Part shown: piece after piece, positions 1 to 12,800 of the stretch
Position numbering within the stretch: position 1 is the first letter of the stretch
Layout: each line of letters opens with the position of its first letter
From: Mytilus californianus
Lineage: Eukaryota
Assembly (NCBI RefSeq): GCF_021869535.1
Contig: NW_026262604.1
Span: 34,782,001 to 34,846,000, forward strand
Direction: 5' to 3'
DNA length: 64,000 bases
Made by a program: the position numbers and the translations under genes
Notes under the pieces: generated by a model
Databases searched by the model: none
Seen by the model: only the letters and a program-made list of their open reading frames with translations
Told to the model about the DNA's origin: nothing

Positions 1-591
1 GCTATACAAAATACTAAAATTAAAAACCCAACAATTCTCAAAATTTTATATGTAATGTGGAATTTAAAAATTCTTCTTAAAGAAATATTATTTCTATGGG
101 TGCCGAGTCATGTTGGAATCCTTGGAAACACAGCTGTAGACCTTGAGGCAAAGAATGCCCTGGGTGACCCTTTATCTAACTGTGATATACCATATACCGA
201 TTTTAAATCTAATATTAGAGAATATATTTTTAATATATTGAAAAATGAATGGAGTAAAAAAGATGGTAATAAATTACATGAAATTAAACCTTATTTATGT
301 AAACCTTTCAATAATTTTATGTGCAGAAAAGATCAGTGTGTTATTTCTAGATGTCGTATTGGTCATACTAGAATAACACACGAATATCTTTTAAAAAATG
401 AAGTAGAACCACAATGTATACCTTGCAACTGCAAGTATACTATTAAACATGTTTTAATCAATTGTATTGACTTTGCTGATATTCGGAAGAAGCATTTCAA
501 TGTCAATAATATGTATGATTTATTTAATAATATTCCTTTTACAAATATTGTTTCATTCTTAAAAGAAATTGGAATATATTATAAAATATAA
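1..591 (+). CDS. C-terminal part of LINE ORF2 (end of RNase H plus C-terminal CCHC-type Zn motif)
   Basis: WVPSHVGILGNTAVD (RNase H C-terminus), RCRIGHTRITH, CIPCNCKYTIKHVLINC; open to the stop at 591. Confidence 0.9.
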   Translation, partial: AIQNTKIKNPTILKILYVMWNLKILLKEILFLWVPSHVGILGNTAVDLEAKNALGDPLSNCDIPYTDFKSNIREYIFNILKNEWSKKDGNKLHEIKPYLCKPFNNFMCRKDQCVISRCRIGHTRITHEYLLKNEVEPQCIPCNCKYTIKHVLINCIDFADIRKKHFNVNNMYDLFNNIPFTNIVSFLKEIGIYYKI

Positions 592-821
592 AAATGTTGT
601 TATATTTAAAACGATTTTAATTTTTATCACGTTATCTTAGTGTTGATTTTTATTTGTAAATAATCAATTTGCTTTAGTCTAGAATTTTAGTTTATTGAAA
701 GACCTTTTGTCTGATTTTAAAAATATACCTTAAATTGTTATAATATTCGAATTAGCTCTCGCCGCGATATAGCCTTTCTGTGCTAATGCGGCGTAAAGCA
801 AACAACAATCAATCAATCAAT
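1..821 (+). mobile_element. 3' end of an I-group LINE (second copy of the 7556-13740 family), cut by the window edge
   Basis: Near-identical to about 12920-13740; ends in GCGGCGTAAAGCAAACAAC(AATC)n. Confidence 0.95.
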
Positions 822-2864
822 TAGAGATCAAACTCATTTGAGCTGCATTAGTGTTTTTTTCTAGTCCTCCATCTTAAAATTCAGGTTCAGATTCAGAAAC
901 AATCTTCTCAATTTGAACAGGTTGTGGAATTTGAATATCGTCAATAGGTGTACATGCAGATGGTTTATTAAGTCCCATTTCAATTGCAATAAAGATAAAG
1001 TTATATTATAAACAAACAAAAACATAATTGTTCTTTGATAATTTAAGATTAAGTATGCCTTACATCATAATGTATTACTACTCAGTCAAAGTGTGTAACT
1101 TTACCTTTAGATAAAGTAATAGATCAGGCTGATTTAAATTGGAAATTTATCAGATAATTCTAATACTGTTTTTTTTGTTCCTTTTGTAATCATGGTACGT
1201 CACATCCGGTTGTATAAGAAAATAGGTCGAAAAAAAATATTTCCTTGAATTTGACAGTTGTAGGTAATTAATCCTACATTTTATTGCAGTAAAACATTTC
1301 TGTGTCATAAACATATGTCTTAGGTATTTCAAAGCACCATTATTTTTTTATTTGGGATTTCTATAGAAAATTTTGTAAACTTGAGGTTACATGGTTACTA
1401 AACCTTGTACACAGATTAAATAAGGGGAGAAATTTGATTGGTTAACGTCCAGTGATGGTTATTTTCTTATATGCAATGAAATGGTATATGAAATTTTTTC
1501 TATAGTACTGGACAGGATAAAACTTTACTCGTGCAAAGTATTTCTTTATTTGAAATAAAGATAAATTCTGCACATTTTTTTGAAAAATGCAAATTTAAAA
1601 GACTAATAGGGGAAAAGCAATGGTGGTATTACACCTAATATGGGAAGCTATACATGCACCTTTGACCTTGTGAGTAATCTCATGTGTTAACATTTCTTGC
1701 TATTTAAGTGAAATATTACAAAAAAAGAAATATTCTGAGTGGATTGAGTCTCCAAAACACATTTTATGAGAAAAAATTTTGAAATAGGACTCTCCATGAA
1801 TATTCAGTTGACAAAACAAGCCATACTAAGTGGTTTTTTAGGGGGGGGGGGGGGCTGTTTCTCCTTATTCCTTATAATCTACTATGATAGAACATTTTCC
1901 TAGGAAATACTTTAATGAATATATAGTTATAAGTAAATGAAATTATTTTTAATGCTGTAACAACAAATTATTCACTATAAGAGAAGCCTTTTATGTCCCT
2001 CTCTGGAACGCGGCGTAAATTTAATTTTTACGTAAGGATTTATGAAACCTCCTTAGAGACCGTAAACTTATATATAGATTGGTCATTCTGCTTAAATACT
2101 TCAGTTACTCATTTCTATCATAAATGAGTGAAAGTTACCCCATTATTTTTATTTATTGGCCTGAAAAATTGAAATTTGAGGAAATGAGAGGTACAAATTG
2201 ACCTTACAAAGAAGACAAAGAGGTCCATTAGTATTATTTATCTTCCTAAAATCAACTTTTGTATCATATTCAACTGTTTGTAGGCAGATGCGATAAATAT
2301 TTGATCATTTATTGGTCCACACTATAATCTATCTTGATGCTGCTTGGTTTGGATGTGTCGAAGAAATTTTGCTTAAATCGCTGTAGATGTCGTCTTTCAT
2401 TATACTAGATTTTTCTCAAACTATGAACTGATTATGACAAAACCTGACAGAAATGCTTGAAATAACCAGTATTACAAAGGAAAAAAGTCACATTCAGTTT
2501 ATTTAACAAAAATGTCTTCTGTAACTGGAACACAAGTTTGGAATTGATTTATGTTAATACTTCAATTTCACGAAAGCAAATGAAAACTTTTTTTGTTTCT
2601 GTATTTCTTTTACAATTATGCTTCGCGCAAGTTTTCTGCGCAGTAAAATGTTTTCATCACTTAGATCTTGTTTTGATTTTTTGATAACCTTAAGATTTTT
2701 TTTACCAGTTTTTCACCTGGTTGGTTTGTGGTGTTGGTCTTTGGGCAAGCATCTTGGCTTTTTCCGATTGTTCCCCCACTACTGAATCATCTACTAGGTC
2801 ATCTACCTCCCCTATGGAGTCCATGATTTCATAATTTGGCTCCTCTCCAATATCCGATCTACAA

Positions 2865-3286
2865 CCCCCAAGGGTGACTGGGGAATAGAAGTATGGTCAC
2901 CATTGGTCTTCCTCCGACCGGCAGTGAAACCCGTGCTAAAGTGGGGCGTCCGTTTGGCTGTGCGGGATGTACAAATTTGCAGCCACGTCCGGTCTGAATG
3001 GGGACGTTAAATCCGATGCCTCGTGTAAAGAGAGTGCCACGCTCTTTGCACGTTATGAACACTTGCAACAACTCTTTGAGGGGTCCGTAGGTGACCTGTT
3101 GCAAGGCTAAATTTCTGTCCCTATCCAATATAACCTAATTTTCCGTGGCAGTCTTAATTTCTCCGACCATAATCCCTTAATCTATTACAGAACCTACCTA
3201 TTGTATTTATTGTAAACTTGTTCTCTTCCTGAATATGCATGAAATATTTGCCACTGGACGTTAAGCAACCAACAATCAATCAATCA
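2865..3286 (+). mobile_element. SINE (Meta-domain-like core, LINE-type AATC tail)
   Basis: Starts CCCCCAAGGGTGACTGGGG and ends GCAACCAAC(AATC)n; 13-bp TSD ATCCGATCTACAA at 2852-2864 and 3287-3299; at least 7 related copies in the window. Confidence 0.92.
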
Positions 3287-3689
3287 ATCCGATCTACAAG
3301 TTCGCCTTTGTTGGTTCCTCTGGCTTCTTCCTCGACTTGACTTCAAAAGTCATTTTACACCTAAAAAGTTTCCTCGTGTGCCTTTCCCTAGTCCCCAGTA
3401 TCTTGGTCACCTGATTTAGAGTGTGCTTGGATTCATTCAATTTTAGTTCTGACCCAAAAGTTTGTGGAGGCGCATGGTATTTCTTGGCAATCCCCATTCG
3501 TCCTCCTAGATTGTCCTTGGCCTTTGAGTCCTCCATGACCCAATGTACCATTTCTACCGTAAACCTATTTTGGTCTCCAAGATTAACTGTTTGGTGGCTA
3601 TTCCATCTCTTTAAAGTGGCACAGTTTTTTGAAAATGAAGTTCATGAACTATTGATGATTTTCAAAAATGTAATCAAAATCAACAATGT

Positions 3690-3960
3690 CGTGTCTAGCT
3701 ATCTCAACATTATGGAGAACAGCACATGCTCCCGTTATCTCAACTACATCGGCAGAGCAAGATCTTATTCCTTTCTGTAGACATGTGAATATTTGTTTCC
3801 CGATGCCAAATGTCTGCTCTATTGTCACTCTATTTCTTCAAAGGCTCTAGTTGAACCTCTGTTGTCCTAGTGTTGATGGGTTGAGAAACGGTGTCATTAG
3901 ATATCTCTGACAAGGGTACCAAGAGTCTCTTATCAGGTAACTATCATGCATTCCTATAAA
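3690..3960 (-). pseudogene. PIF/Harbinger transposase C-terminal relic
   Basis: Minus-strand translation [48 protein letters not shown] matches the DDE_Tnp_4 pattern; contains stops. Confidence 0.8.
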
Positions 3961-4233
3961 AAAGGATAAATAAAATAGAGGTTTATCCTTAACTTTGCAT
4001 TTGTTGTTATTTTACTTATTAACACTAATAATGCACACCTTGTTCCCATTTTAAGTACTTTCATAATTTATTGTGTGTTGTGTTGCGTTAAAGATCTCAA
4101 TACAAGTTTATCTTAGACTAACCTATATAAAATAATAAAGGAATAGCAAAGACATTTTCATTTTATAGTGAGATATTAATGTAGGGTGTTTGGTTTCTTG
4201 AGTTGTTCAACTGCAATTGCATGCAACATACCT

Positions 4234-4270
4234 CGTCGTGTGAATATTATAGTGATGTATGTCCATTTTT
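4234..4270 (+). repeat. Left TIR of the Sola1-like element
   Basis: 32 of 37 positions match the reverse complement of 14772-14808. Confidence 0.88.
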
Positions 4271-4501
4271 TTCATAAATTGACCTATGAATACTACTAGC
4301 TTCCTTGTGTAATGATCTATCTCCCTATCTATCTATATCTCTGAATCTTGCTCCGTTTAGGCCATATAAAATACTTTTATAATGATCTATCTCCACATCT
4401 TTACTATTTGAAAAAGTTATACTGATCTATGTGTCATCCAATGAAAATGTTTGGATTCGGGTCACATGACATAAGCTAGCAAATGGAGAAAGTTTGAAGC
4501 T

Positions 4502-5512
4502 ATGACAGAAAAGTAAGTTATATTTAAGCTTTTTAGTTCAATTTTGTTTACTTAAAATCATTCTAATAATGAAATACTAGTGTTTAAATGTGTATTAACT
4601 AAGTGATATAAACATATTTCTGAAGAAAAAGAAAGAGATTAAAGTATAAAGCATGATATATGGAGATACAACATTTTAAAACTTTCATTTTCCAAGTTAA
4701 TTTGGAGATACATCATTATAATCTTATTTTTACAAAAACACCAATTAAGAATTAATTATACATTTTGATTATTTTACAGGGATAACTGTCTTTTGCTGTC
4801 AATCTTAAACCTACCTAATGTTCCTCTGATAAGGATATTTTTCTTCTTAGATCTAGAAGATCTCGTGCTTGTAGTAAATAGAGTTTGTAAAAGATGTTAC
4901 CACCTAATTAAATCAACACCTGTCTTGTGGAGAGTATTTGAATTTTATTGGCCTCAAATAATAAAGGAGGAAGACTTACCTTACATATTTAGACACTCAA
5001 AGAGCTTCAGAGTTTTCAATATTGGATATTGTACTTACACAGGCCGTCTTTCTGTGCTAGATTATAGTTTTATATCAAATTTAAGCTGTGCAAGAAAACT
5101 CACCTGGTTAAATTTAACTAGAACTTCAATATCTAGCACATGCTTTCTACAGTACCTACCAAATCTTGAAATTCTTGATCTTTCAGAGTGTGATAATCTG
5201 AATGACTGTGATTTTCATGTAGTATCGCAGTGTCATAAACTTCAAAACTTATATCTCTCATTTAATAAAGTAAACCCAAAGACAATCAAAGATATTGTTT
5301 CGTGTATACCACAATTAGAAATTTTAGATATATGTGGTATATTTTTGAAATTTTTTGAAGTGACATCAATTCTTGATCAGTGTTACTGGACACTTATGTC
5401 TATATACTTTAGTCTTGATTCATCTGTGAATGAAGAGGACTTACACAGGGAGATACACTTTAATTACACAGACCTTTCCTATCACATATATAAACCAATA
5501 TTTAATAATTAA
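4502..5512 (+). CDS. F-box/leucine-rich-repeat (FBXL-like) protein, 247 aa, join(4502..4512,4780..5512)
   Basis: F-box ILNLPNVPLIRIFFFLDLEDLVLVVNRVCKRCYHLI followed by LRRs (LTWLNLTRT, LEILDLSEC, LQNLYLSFN, LEILDICG). ATG ACA GAA AA|GTAAGT...TTTTACAG|G GAT splices in frame (MTEKDNCLLLSIL...). No lesions. Confidence 0.85.
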
Positions 5513-7555
5513 CAATGGATTCTAATAAAAATAATTCTGAAGAAGAGATTTACACAGTCTCCAATGATCAAGAATTATATTCTATAATTCAAAACAGTGA
5601 TGACCACTGCACTATTATAAAAGTCGATGAAAATCACAATTTTCAGTTTACAGATTCAGTTGTAAACAATATATCTGAAACCCATGTTAACAGAAGTTTT
5701 GATTTAAATGAGGAACATAACACTGAACATGTCTATGCAAATGTACAGATTCTAAATCCTACAACCAGTTCTACATGTTCTAATGAATTTCAAAGCGATT
5801 CAACTGATAACATTATATATACTGCAATAGCACTACCTAATGAAAATGAAACCATAGTTTCAAGAAATGCGGAAGATTTTGATACAATTGAACAAATTGA
5901 CGAAGTCTCAAGTCATCAAGGTGAGGGTAATGTTAACAATACAATAGTGAAACAAAATGTAGAAAAAACAGAAGAGCAAAATGAAAACACAATAGAAGAA
6001 CAAAATGTGGAAACAAGCGATGATACAAATGCAAGTGATGAAACGATGAGAAGTAGAAAAAGGAAAAGACAAACGGAATTATGGAAACAAAATCTTAGGA
6101 AAAGAAGACGTCAGTCAGGTATGGAATATATAAATACTAGGGGTAATACACAGCGAAAGAGAGAAGTTAAGAAAGGAACGAAGGACTGTAATGGTGGATG
6201 CAGATTTAAATGTAGTAAAAAAATATCAGAAACTGAAAGGAAAGCGATTTTTAAAACTTTTTGGTCACATAGCGATTCCGAAAAGAATGCATTTTATGGA
6301 AATAATATTGAAAAATTACAGAAAGAAAGGAAGCGAACAAACAAAGAAATTTCAAGGAAACAATTTACATACAAGTATCATATACCTAAGGAGTGTGGTA
6401 AAATTCGTGTTTGTAAAGAGTTTTTTCTTACAACTCTAGATATAAGTGGCCTTAGGATTCAGTGGTTTTTTGATAAAAAGTCTCCACAGTTTGAGGACAA
6501 AAGAGGAAGACATGTTAAAAGGAAAATAGCAGATGAGTCTAAAGACAGAATCGGAAACCATATAAATTCATTTCATCGAATTGACTCCCATTATTGTAGG
6601 TCTTCTGTAAAAAGACAATACCTTGATCCGTGTTTGTCGATAGCAAAAATGTATGAGCTTTACGTTTTAACTTGTAATGCTACAGGTGTAATTCCAGAAA
6701 AATATCATACATATAAATACATATTTAATTTGGAATTTAATTTGGGTTTCCACACTCCCAAAAAAGACCGATGTGATCATTGTGAGGAGTACAAATCCAA
6801 TAAGTTGATCAATCAAGTTAGTGAAGATTTAAAAATGAAGTATGAACTACACATAGTTGGAAAATCGAATTCCAAGGTGGAAAGAGATAACGACAGAAGT
6901 TCCGACAAGGCAGTTCTTTGTTTTGACATGGAAAATGTTATAACTTGTCCAAGGGCAAATATTTCAAATTTTTTTTACAAAAGAAAATTGAATGTGTTTA
7001 ACTTAACCGATCATTTGTCCTGAAATAAATGTGCATATAATGCAGTATGGTCAGAAAACATAGCAGGCAGAGGTGCCAATGATATTTCGAGTGCCTTACT
7101 CAAAATTTTAGAAAAAGTGCTTGAAGATTTTCCTACTTTAGAAACCATAACGTTATGGTCTGACTCTTGCATCCCCCAGAATCGTAACTCTATAGTCGTT
7201 AGTGCATTGCAGCATTTTATGAGAAGTGACACATCATATTCGCTCAAGTCTGTAGAACACAAATTTTCTGAGCCAGGCCACTCATCTATTCAAGAAGTTG
7301 ACTGTGTACACATTCATATTGAGAAAGCATTGAATCCTAGCGAGATTTTTAGTCCTGTCAGTTTTTTGCGAATGCCGACAAGAGTTCGTAAAAGATCAAT
7401 GAAAATGATTCAATTACAGCCTGAACACTTCTTTGATTTCCAGGCAGCAAGTCGGACATTTAAATATAACTCTGTACCCTTTACTAAGATAAAGTATATA
7501 AAGTTAGAAGTTGAAAAACCGTTACAAGTTTTGTATAAGGTATCATTTTCTGATG

Positions 7556-7701
7556 CCCCCCGGTGGATCGCTATCCTTGCCGTGGTCGGGGGGCTTGCGT
7601 GTCTCAGTGACCCCAAGAGCTATGCCAGCTGGAGCTTCGTCTCCTGGTAGGGTTACCCATGCTGGACAGGTCGAAGGGTAGAGACCAGACTAAAGTGATC
7701 C
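7556..7701 (+). ncRNA. HDV-like self-cleaving ribozyme at the LINE 5' end
   Basis: P1 CCCCCCG(7556-62)/CGGGGGG(7587-93); P2 GGATCGCT(7565-72)/AGTGATCC(7694-7701); P3/L3 around ATCC-TTGCCGT-GGT; long branched P4 closed by GTCTC/GAGAC; J4/2 C7690-TAA. Folded by eye. Confidence 0.72.
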
Positions 7702-8314
7702 GAACATCGTACGAGTTGCCCGATGTTTTGAATAAAATAGGCTCTCCAACCCGTTGGCCGTGGGTTGCTACCCGTGTCGGTGGTTGACGAGATCCTTGCG
7801 GATGAGGGCTGTAGCCAGACTCCTTACGGTCAGAAAATACCCGGACGGACGAGACTATTGTTCAATAAGCTGCTTTGGCTCCAATATCATCTAAACGGGA
7901 GGTCGGATGGACCCGGTTCGATCAATCGGCTGGTCATGTCGAGCCCTTCAGTTAATCCTCAACAATAAGCTTTCTTGTAATATTTTTCATTATATACACA
8001 TGTGTTTTAAATTAAGCTATTTATATTTCGGAAAACTGAAGAAGGCGATGGCTCATGGGTCAATCAAGTGGTACGCTTTCTATTTCGCTTGATGGATACG
8101 CTCTGCTTGAGTATACTATTCTTGGAACATCTGGTGCTTTCCGCAGTGGATCTTGGGTGCTAATTTTGAGGACCAGCTACGTTATACATGTTATACTTGG
8201 AGCTCGTTTTCAGCATTAGCACTTGACCCCGGCTCGCCACGGAAACACAGCATCGCCCTTGTAGGCACTCCGAGATGGGTGGATGACAAGAATGGTGAAT
8301 CTTTCTCATTTCCT

Positions 8315-9841
8315 ATGGCACAACAAAACCAACCCTCTAAATCAGCTTTAATACATAAAAAAGAAAATGTGATGATTCAGTGCCCTGTCAGGAAGATGAC
8401 AGTTGGCCAAGATTTATTGTAATAAAAGGAACAGATGAAAAACCAATTTCCAAAATATCTCCCTTTGTGATTCACAAACAAATTCAAAGCGTTGCTGGTA
8501 CTGTAAAAAAAGTTTCAAAAATGAGATCAGGCAATTTGTTGGTTGAATGTTCCAACAAAAGTCAATCAACAAATTTGCTTACACTGACAACAATTACAAA
8601 CTTTCCTGTTTCTGCCTCTCCTCACAACAGTTTGAACAGCTGTAAGGGGATCATTCGAGACAGAAGTCAATACCTTGGTGACCTTACCGTGGAAGAAATC
8701 TGTGAGGAACTTTCAAGCCAAGGTGTAACTGATGTTGTTAGATTTCAAATAAAAAAGAATGGAAATATAATCAAATTAAATACATATCTTTTGACATTTA
8801 GAACTCCAACTCCTCCTCCATCTATTACTTTAGGTTGCTTTGGAATCAGAGTTGACAGGTTTATCCCTAACCCAATTCGATGCTTCACTTGTCAAAAGTT
8901 TGGTCATGGAAGCAAACAATGTCGTGGTACGCAGAGATGCTTCAAGTGTTCTGACGAAGGACACGAGGGAACAACCTGTAGCTCTGAATCCTCTAAATGC
9001 GTAAACTGTGGTGAATCCCATTTTTCATCATATGGACTGCCCTGTTTACCTTAAAGAAAAAAATATTATCAAAATTAAAACAGAAAGAAACATCAGTTAC
9101 CCAGAAGCTAAACAGATAGCTTCTGTTTCGAATGATCTCCTTGTTTCGAACAGACCATCGTACGCCAGCAAAGTTGTGCGCTCATTCAGTCACGAGCATA
9201 CACAAACTCGCATGACCTGGCCTATTGATGCTGAGACATTTACAATGCTGCCTGTTGAAACAGAACCTAACGATAAAATATTAATTCCAAGAAAACCAAC
9301 ACCTTCTAAAACCAGTACTCAGTCAACTCAATCTTCCTTACAGAGCTCAATGTCATCATCTAAAAAAAATGAAAAAAAGAAATCAAATAAAAAAGATACA
9401 GTTAAATCAGACAGTTGGGGCGGTGAATCTGTCTGGGATCTTCCCAGTGACATAGATGATTCTTCCATCTCCAATAGTCCTCCTTCATCTGCATCTAATA
9501 AAACTAGTTTATCTTCTGCATCCAGTACAAAGTCTTCTAAAGCCCCGTCTCCTCTTCGTTCTCCAGAACAGAAGGATGTCCCAAAGAAGCCAGCAAATAC
9601 ATCCTCTCAGAAGTCTTCTGATTCGAGGCTGCGGGGTAGGGGTCGAGGCGGAGTAAAACCAGCTGCGCATGGTCCTGGAGATCGACGACTCTCCTCACAC
9701 AACAGATTTTCAACACTTAACGACGAATCAGAAATGGAAATCGAAAGTGTTCCGCCACCCGAAAGATTACAATCTCAGGGTGAGCGAAATAAGAATGCTG
9801 GCAAACTCGATAGCATTCGCCCGTCTATTAACAAATCATGA
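8315..9841 (+). pseudogene. LINE ORF1 (gag-like with CCHC zinc knuckles), two frameshifts (about 8370 and 9030)
   Basis: WPRFIVI, SPFVIHKQI, RSGNLLVEC, CFTCQKFGHGSKQC, CFKCSDEGHEGTTC, CVNCGESH...DCPVYLKEK; Ser/Lys-rich tail. Confidence 0.9.
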
Positions 9842-12800
9842 CTAATATCATCCAATGGAATTGCCGAGGTCTTAAAATAAATCTTCTCGAGTTAACGCTT
9901 CTAGTTCAGTCATTTTCACCTACTGCATTTTGTCTTCAAGAAACTCATTTAAAAGAAAGTGACAATGTATCTTTAAAAGGATACAACATGTATAGCACAT
10001 TTTCTAAGGTAGATGAACGTGCTGCAGGCGGATCATCCATTTTTGTGAAGGACAACGTCATTCATAGCACAGTCCAACTCACCACGGATCTGCAGGCAGT
10101 TGCAATTCGTTTATCATTAGATAAAACAATTACATTATGTTCTTTATATATTCCACCCAATTCAATTATAGATAAAGCTAAACTCAAAAACCTCACTGAT
10201 CAATTACCCTCACCATTTATACTTATGGACGACTTCAATGCACACAACCCCTTGTGGGGAAGCAAGTCTAATAATATCAAAGGTAAGATCATTGAGGACT
10301 TTGTCTCTCAAGAAGGATTATGCATTTTTAATAATGGATCTAATACTTATCTTCATCCTGGAAACGGGTCTTATTCTGCTATTGATATCACTATTTGCGA
10401 TCCCTCTCTTCTTCTGGATTATTCATGGCGTGTTCATGATGATCTATGTGGAAGTGATCACTTTCCAATAGTACTTGAACATCTTTTTACTTCTGCCCAA
10501 CAGAGAGTACCACGTTGGAAACTTGACAAGGCGGATTGGTCCTTGTTTGAGAATCTCTGTCAAGCGGAACTTCAGTCAAAGATGTTTGAGACTGTACAAG
10601 ATCCAATTTTAACTTTTAATACAGTTTTAACGTCAATTGCTGACAGAACTATTCCTAAGACCTCGGCAAATCCGAAACATCCCAGCAAACCATGGTTTGA
10701 TGATGCTTGTGATCAAGCAATAGGTGACCGTAAAAAATCTGAAAAACGGTTCAATCAACAACCAACGACAGAAAACTTGAGTAATTTCCGTGTTTTTCGC
10801 GCTAAGGCACGGCGGACTTGCAGGCAAGCACGACGAACGTCTTGGAAGAAATTTGTCTCGGAGATAACATCTCGCACTCCGATGACAAAAGTATGGAACA
10901 TGATACAAAAGATAAAAGGTAAAAATTCTAAAGCCACAGTTAAACATTTAAAAAATGGCAATGATTTATTAACATCTGAAAAGGATATTGCCAACAAGCT
11001 TGGTGAAACTTTTGCGAAATCTTCTTCTTCTAACAACTACAGGGAAGATTTTAAAAAAGTTAAAAAACAAAAAGAAAAAATTAAATTAAACTTTAAATCA
11101 AAAAATGGTGAAAATTATAATAAACTCTTTTCTCTTGAAGAACTTAAAACATCTCTGTCAAAAGCCCATGATACAGCTTGTGGGCCTGATAATATTCACT
11201 ACCAACTGTTAAAACACTTGCCAGATTCCTCGCTGGAAGCTCTTTTGCAGCTTATGAATAACATCTGGGAATCTGGTGATTTACCATCAATCTGGAAGCT
11301 TGCAACCGTCGTGCCTATTCCAAAACCAAGTAAAGATCACACGGATCCTATTAATTATCGGCCAATTGCTCTTACCAGTTGTGTCTGTAAAACACTAGAA
11401 CGGATGGTCAATGATCGCCTTGTTTGGTTCCTGGAATCTAATAGGCTTTTAGCCAATATCCAGTGTGGATTCCGCCAAGGTCGCAGTACTCTTGACCATC
11501 TTGTTCGATTCGAATCATTTGTTCGTAATGGTTTTGCGAAAAATGAACATGTAGTGTCGGTCTTTTTCGATCTAGAAAAAGCCTATGATACTACATGGAA
11601 GTATGGTATTTTAAAAGATCTGTTTGATATGGGGTTGAAAGGCAATATGCCAAATTTTATTTCGAATTTTTTATCTAACAGACAATTTAATGTTAGAGTA
11701 AATTCAACCATGTCTGATCTGTATGATCAAGAGATGGGTGTCCCTCAGGGCAGTATTTTATCTGTTACATTATTTAGTCTTAAAATCAACTGCCTTGTTG
11801 AAGTTTTAAAAAGTAATATTGAAGGTTCATTGTATGTTGATGACTTTTTAATATGTTATAGAGGCAAAAATATGAATAACATAGAAAGACAATTACAGTT
11901 ATGTCTTGGAAGAATTGAAAAATGGGCCTCGGAAAATGGGTTTAAATTTTCCACTTCAAAAACGGTCGGGATGCATTTTTGTAACAAAAGGAAATTGCAT
12001 CTTGATCCAGAACTCACTTTGTACGGCAACCCAATCAAAATGGTTGATGAAACCAAATTTCTTGGGTTAATTTTCGATAAAAAGTTAACCTTTCTACCCC
12101 ATATCAAAATGTTAAAATCGAAATGTTTAAAAGCATTAGATATTTTAAAAGTTGTCGGCAGCACCGACTGGGGTGCTGATCGCAACATTTTACTTAATTT
12201 ATATAGATCTCTCGTTAGATCTAAACTAGATTATGGCTCTGTAGTGTATGGCTCTGCAAAGAAGTCCTACATACAGATTCTTGATGCTGCGCATCATCAG
12301 GGTTTGCGTCTCTGTCTTGGCGCATTTAAAACCTCACCAGTTGAGAGTCTGTATGTAGAGGCTGATGAGCACTCACTCTCTAACAGACGTTTGAAGCTTG
12401 GACTTCAATATGCTGTCAAACTAAAAGCCTACTCAGATAATCCTGCCTACAGCTGTGTTTTTAATCCAATTTATGAAGATATTTTGGCAAAACATGAAAA
12501 TAAAATTCCTCCGTTAGGTATACGTTTAAAACCACATTTAGCTTCTTTTGATTTAAAATCTGTTGCTCAAGTTGAAACTTGCAATTGTCCTCCATGGGAA
12601 CTTCCCAAACCAAAAATGATATTTGATCTCCGTGAACACAATAAAAATAAAACAAATCCTCTTTTAATTCAGCAACACTATGCTGAAATCAAAGCCAATT
12701 ATTAAGATTTCTCAACTGTCTATACTGATGGATCAAAAGATGGTGACAGAGTTGCATCTGCTGCTGTCTTCAGGGACAGAGCTGCAACTCTCCGTTTGCC

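Noticed and set aside
2865-3010. SINE 5' end as an HDV-like ribozyme
   Set aside because: P2- and P3-like pairings exist (GTCACCATT/AATGGGGAC, GGTC/GACC), but no valid P1 or P1.1 could be built.
2859-3128. Recurring 89-103 aa ORFs (MDRDRNLALQQV..., MVTIGLPPTG...)
   Set aside because: They are translations of the SINE on either strand, not a gene family.
12362-12369. CTGATGAG hammerhead-like core
   Set aside because: It lies in LINE ORF2 coding sequence with no stem II or GAAA; chance match.
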